The notes beneath the pieces were generated by a model, which did no database searches, had not been told where the DNA came from, and worked only from the letters and a program-made list of their open reading frames with translations. This document shows positions 37,196 to 37,864 of a stretch of DNA of 37,864 nt, one piece after another; position 1 is the first letter of the stretch, and each line of letters begins with the position of its first letter. The stretch comes from a virus. Its lineage: Duplodnaviria > Caudoviricetes. The stretch covers positions 1 to 37,864 of the IMG/VR virus record IMGVR_UViG_3300012919_000018; one strand, written 5' to 3'. The position numbers were made by a program, and so were the translations under genes.

Positions 37196-37219
37196 ATCAT
37201 GAATAAGGAGAAATGAAAC

Positions 37220-37864
37220 ATGAACCAAGTAGCAAAAAAAGAAAAGTCAGACGTAGCTCTAACGAGCATGTTTGAAGCAGACGCTAACACAGGTTTTGGC
37301 AACATGGATCAAGACGATTATGCATTGCCATTTCTTAGAGTGTTAGGTCAACTCTCACCTGAGTGTAACAAACGGGACGCCAAATATGTGGATGGTGCTG
37401 AGCCCGGTATGATATTTAATACCGTGACTAAGCGACTTTACGATGGTGAAGAAGGAGTTAATATAATTCCTTGTTTTTACAAGCGGGAGTATGTTGAGTG
37501 GAGTGATAGAGGCGAGGGCACAAGTGCTCCTGTAGCTATACACACTGTTGACAGTGGAATTATCAAAGAAGCAACAAGAGATGCAAGTTATAAAGATAGA
37601 TTACCAAACGGTAACTATCTAGAAAACACAGCATCATACTTTGTTGTCGTTGATGATGGTTCCCAGGCGTTAATTTCTATGAAGTCTACACAACTTAAAG
37701 TTAGTAGAACATGGAACTCAATGATGAACAGTATCAAACTTAAAGGTAAAAATGGTCTGTTTACACCGGCTATGTATAGTCACGTGTATAATCTTAAAAC
37801 AGTGCAACAATCAAATGACAAGGGAACTTGGTTTGGTTGGAACATTGAAAAGGTTGGTCCTGTA
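37220..37864 (+). CDS. Putative ssDNA-binding/replication protein (3'-partial, not in ORF track)
   Basis: RBS aaggag at 37205-37210. Open to the window end: MNQVAKKEKSD...DYALPFLRVLGQLSPE...GAEPGMIFNTVT...YVEWSDR...MKSTQLKVSRTWNS...NDKGTWFGW. Function inferred from position and aromatic/beta content. Confidence 0.65.
   Translation, partial: MNQVAKKEKSDVALTSMFEADANTGFGNMDQDDYALPFLRVLGQLSPECNKRDAKYVDGAEPGMIFNTVTKRLYDGEEGVNIIPCFYKREYVEWSDRGEGTSAPVAIHTVDSGIIKEATRDASYKDRLPNGNYLENTASYFVVVDDGSQALISMKSTQLKVSRTWNSMMNSIKLKGKNGLFTPAMYSHVYNLKTVQQSNDKGTWFGWNIEKVGPV

Overview
A contiguous piece of an AT-rich tailed dsDNA phage genome, most likely a marine podovirus-like phage. The gene set and order resemble SAR11/pelagiphage-type podoviruses (inference, not a database result). 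On the + strand, 1-34726 is the morphogenesis and lysis region: terminase large subunit (5'-truncated), a 716-aa insert protein, portal, small basic and membrane proteins, a holin-like gene, GroES, scaffold, decoration protein, major capsid, adaptor/tail proteins, several tail fibres, nozzle, a block of putative ejected internal proteins ending in a 2349-aa giant, and an M15 peptidase endolysin. A - strand SNF2 helicase, a divergent promoter pair and the start of a replication module follow. The main signal is a short peptide motif, x-GG-[RK]-[IV]-G-[FMY]-x-x-GG. It recurs in four otherwise unrelated proteins and appears to separate modules. In the 716-aa protein one copy is immediately followed by an internal twin-arginine (Tat) signal peptide, suggesting a polyprotein processing/packaging system for ejected cargo. 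Other notable items: an intact HAD phosphatase domain inserted into a tail-region protein, a type-1-copper-like domain in a structural protein, an HNH-like motif in the giant protein, and a pseudoknotted RNA element downstream of the capsid gene. No CRISPR, tRNA, rRNA, integrase or transposase was seen.
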